Assembly (NCBI RefSeq): GCF_000010625.1
Contig: NC_010296.1
Coordinates: 3,840,001-3,872,000, forward strand
DNA: 32,000 nucleotides
DNA from: Microcystis aeruginosa NIES-843
Lineage (GTDB): Bacteria > Cyanobacteriota > Cyanobacteriia > Cyanobacteriales > Microcystaceae
Reading direction: 5' to 3'
How positions within the stretch are numbered: position 1 is the first letter of the stretch; every line of letters starts with the position of its first letter. Of the stretch, positions 31,794 to 32,000 are shown piece after piece. The notes under the pieces were generated by a model. That model was not told the origin of the DNA, made no database searches, and was given only the letters and a program-made list of their open reading frames with translations. Both the position numbers and the translations under genes were made by a program.

Positions 31794-32000
31794 ATGATCG
31801 AAATGACTGCTATTCCGCCGATTTCCCTGAAAAACTACCGTATCGCCGCCATCATTCCCTGTCACAATGAAGAACTAACGATCGCTAAAGTTGTCTCCCA
31901 ATTTCAAACTTTTTTGCCAGAAGCGGCAATATATGTTTATAACAACCGCTCTAGCGATGATACCGTGACGGAGGCACTCAAAGCCGGGGCGATCGTTCGT
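31794..32000 (+). CDS. Glycosyltransferase family 2 protein (N-terminal 69 codons; continues beyond window)
   Basis: From ATG 31794 the frame is open to the window end. 'YRIAAIIPCHNEELTIAKVV...IYVYNNRSSDDT' is a GT2 N-terminal motif. Confidence 0.75.
   Translation, partial: MIEMTAIPPISLKNYRIAAIIPCHNEELTIAKVVSQFQTFLPEAAIYVYNNRSSDDTVTEALKAGAIVR

Overview
The window looks like cyanobacterial chromosome, probably Microcystis-like. This is an inference from the GCGATCGC (HIP1) palindromes (e.g. 4161-4168, 6004-6011, 9359-9366), the cyanobacteria-typical families (DUF4351, DUF4347, DUF4079, ELWxxDGT) and the very high density of MITEs and heptamer microsatellites.

Contents, left to right:
- Two tandem DUF4351-type tail cassettes.
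- Decayed fragments of a giant DUF4347/ELWxxDGT surface protein.
- A 1227-aa repeat protein: about 3.3 tandem 184-188-aa units, then Calx-beta, RTX repeats and a cyanobacterial C-terminal tail.
- Housekeeping genes: diheme cytochrome c, RodZ-like, moaB, ureF, a GT2 plus hexapeptide acetyltransferase pair, and MscS.
- A dead glutamate decarboxylase gene.
- Two TnpB-only IS200/IS605 elements, one intact and one frameshifted, plus a solo right end.
- A large envelope-glycosylation locus at about 18.2-30 kb. It holds GT2, two tandem GT-C-like paralogs, a GT39/PMT_2-like and a GT22-like enzyme, a methyltransferase, a Tat-signal FGE-like protein and a fused Dpm1-GtrA polyprenyl-phosphate-sugar synthase, followed by another GT2 at the right edge.

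I found no rRNA, tRNA or CRISPR array.

Most notable observations:
1. The DUF4351 cassettes share a near-identical leader with an internal SD-ATG but have divergent tails. This resembles the E. coli RpnL/RpnS intragenic-antitoxin architecture.
2. The multi-GT-C, lipid-carrier-dependent glycosylation locus has a strongly AT-rich sub-block. Its paralog pair is about 99% identical over the 5' 798 bp and clearly diverged in the 3' half.
3. Both IS insertions, and a MITE nested beside one of them, can be removed in silico to restore sensible gene ends.
4. TAAGTA-ended MITEs supply the stop codons of three ORFs.

All family assignments come from motif recognition by eye and need HMM or BLAST confirmation.
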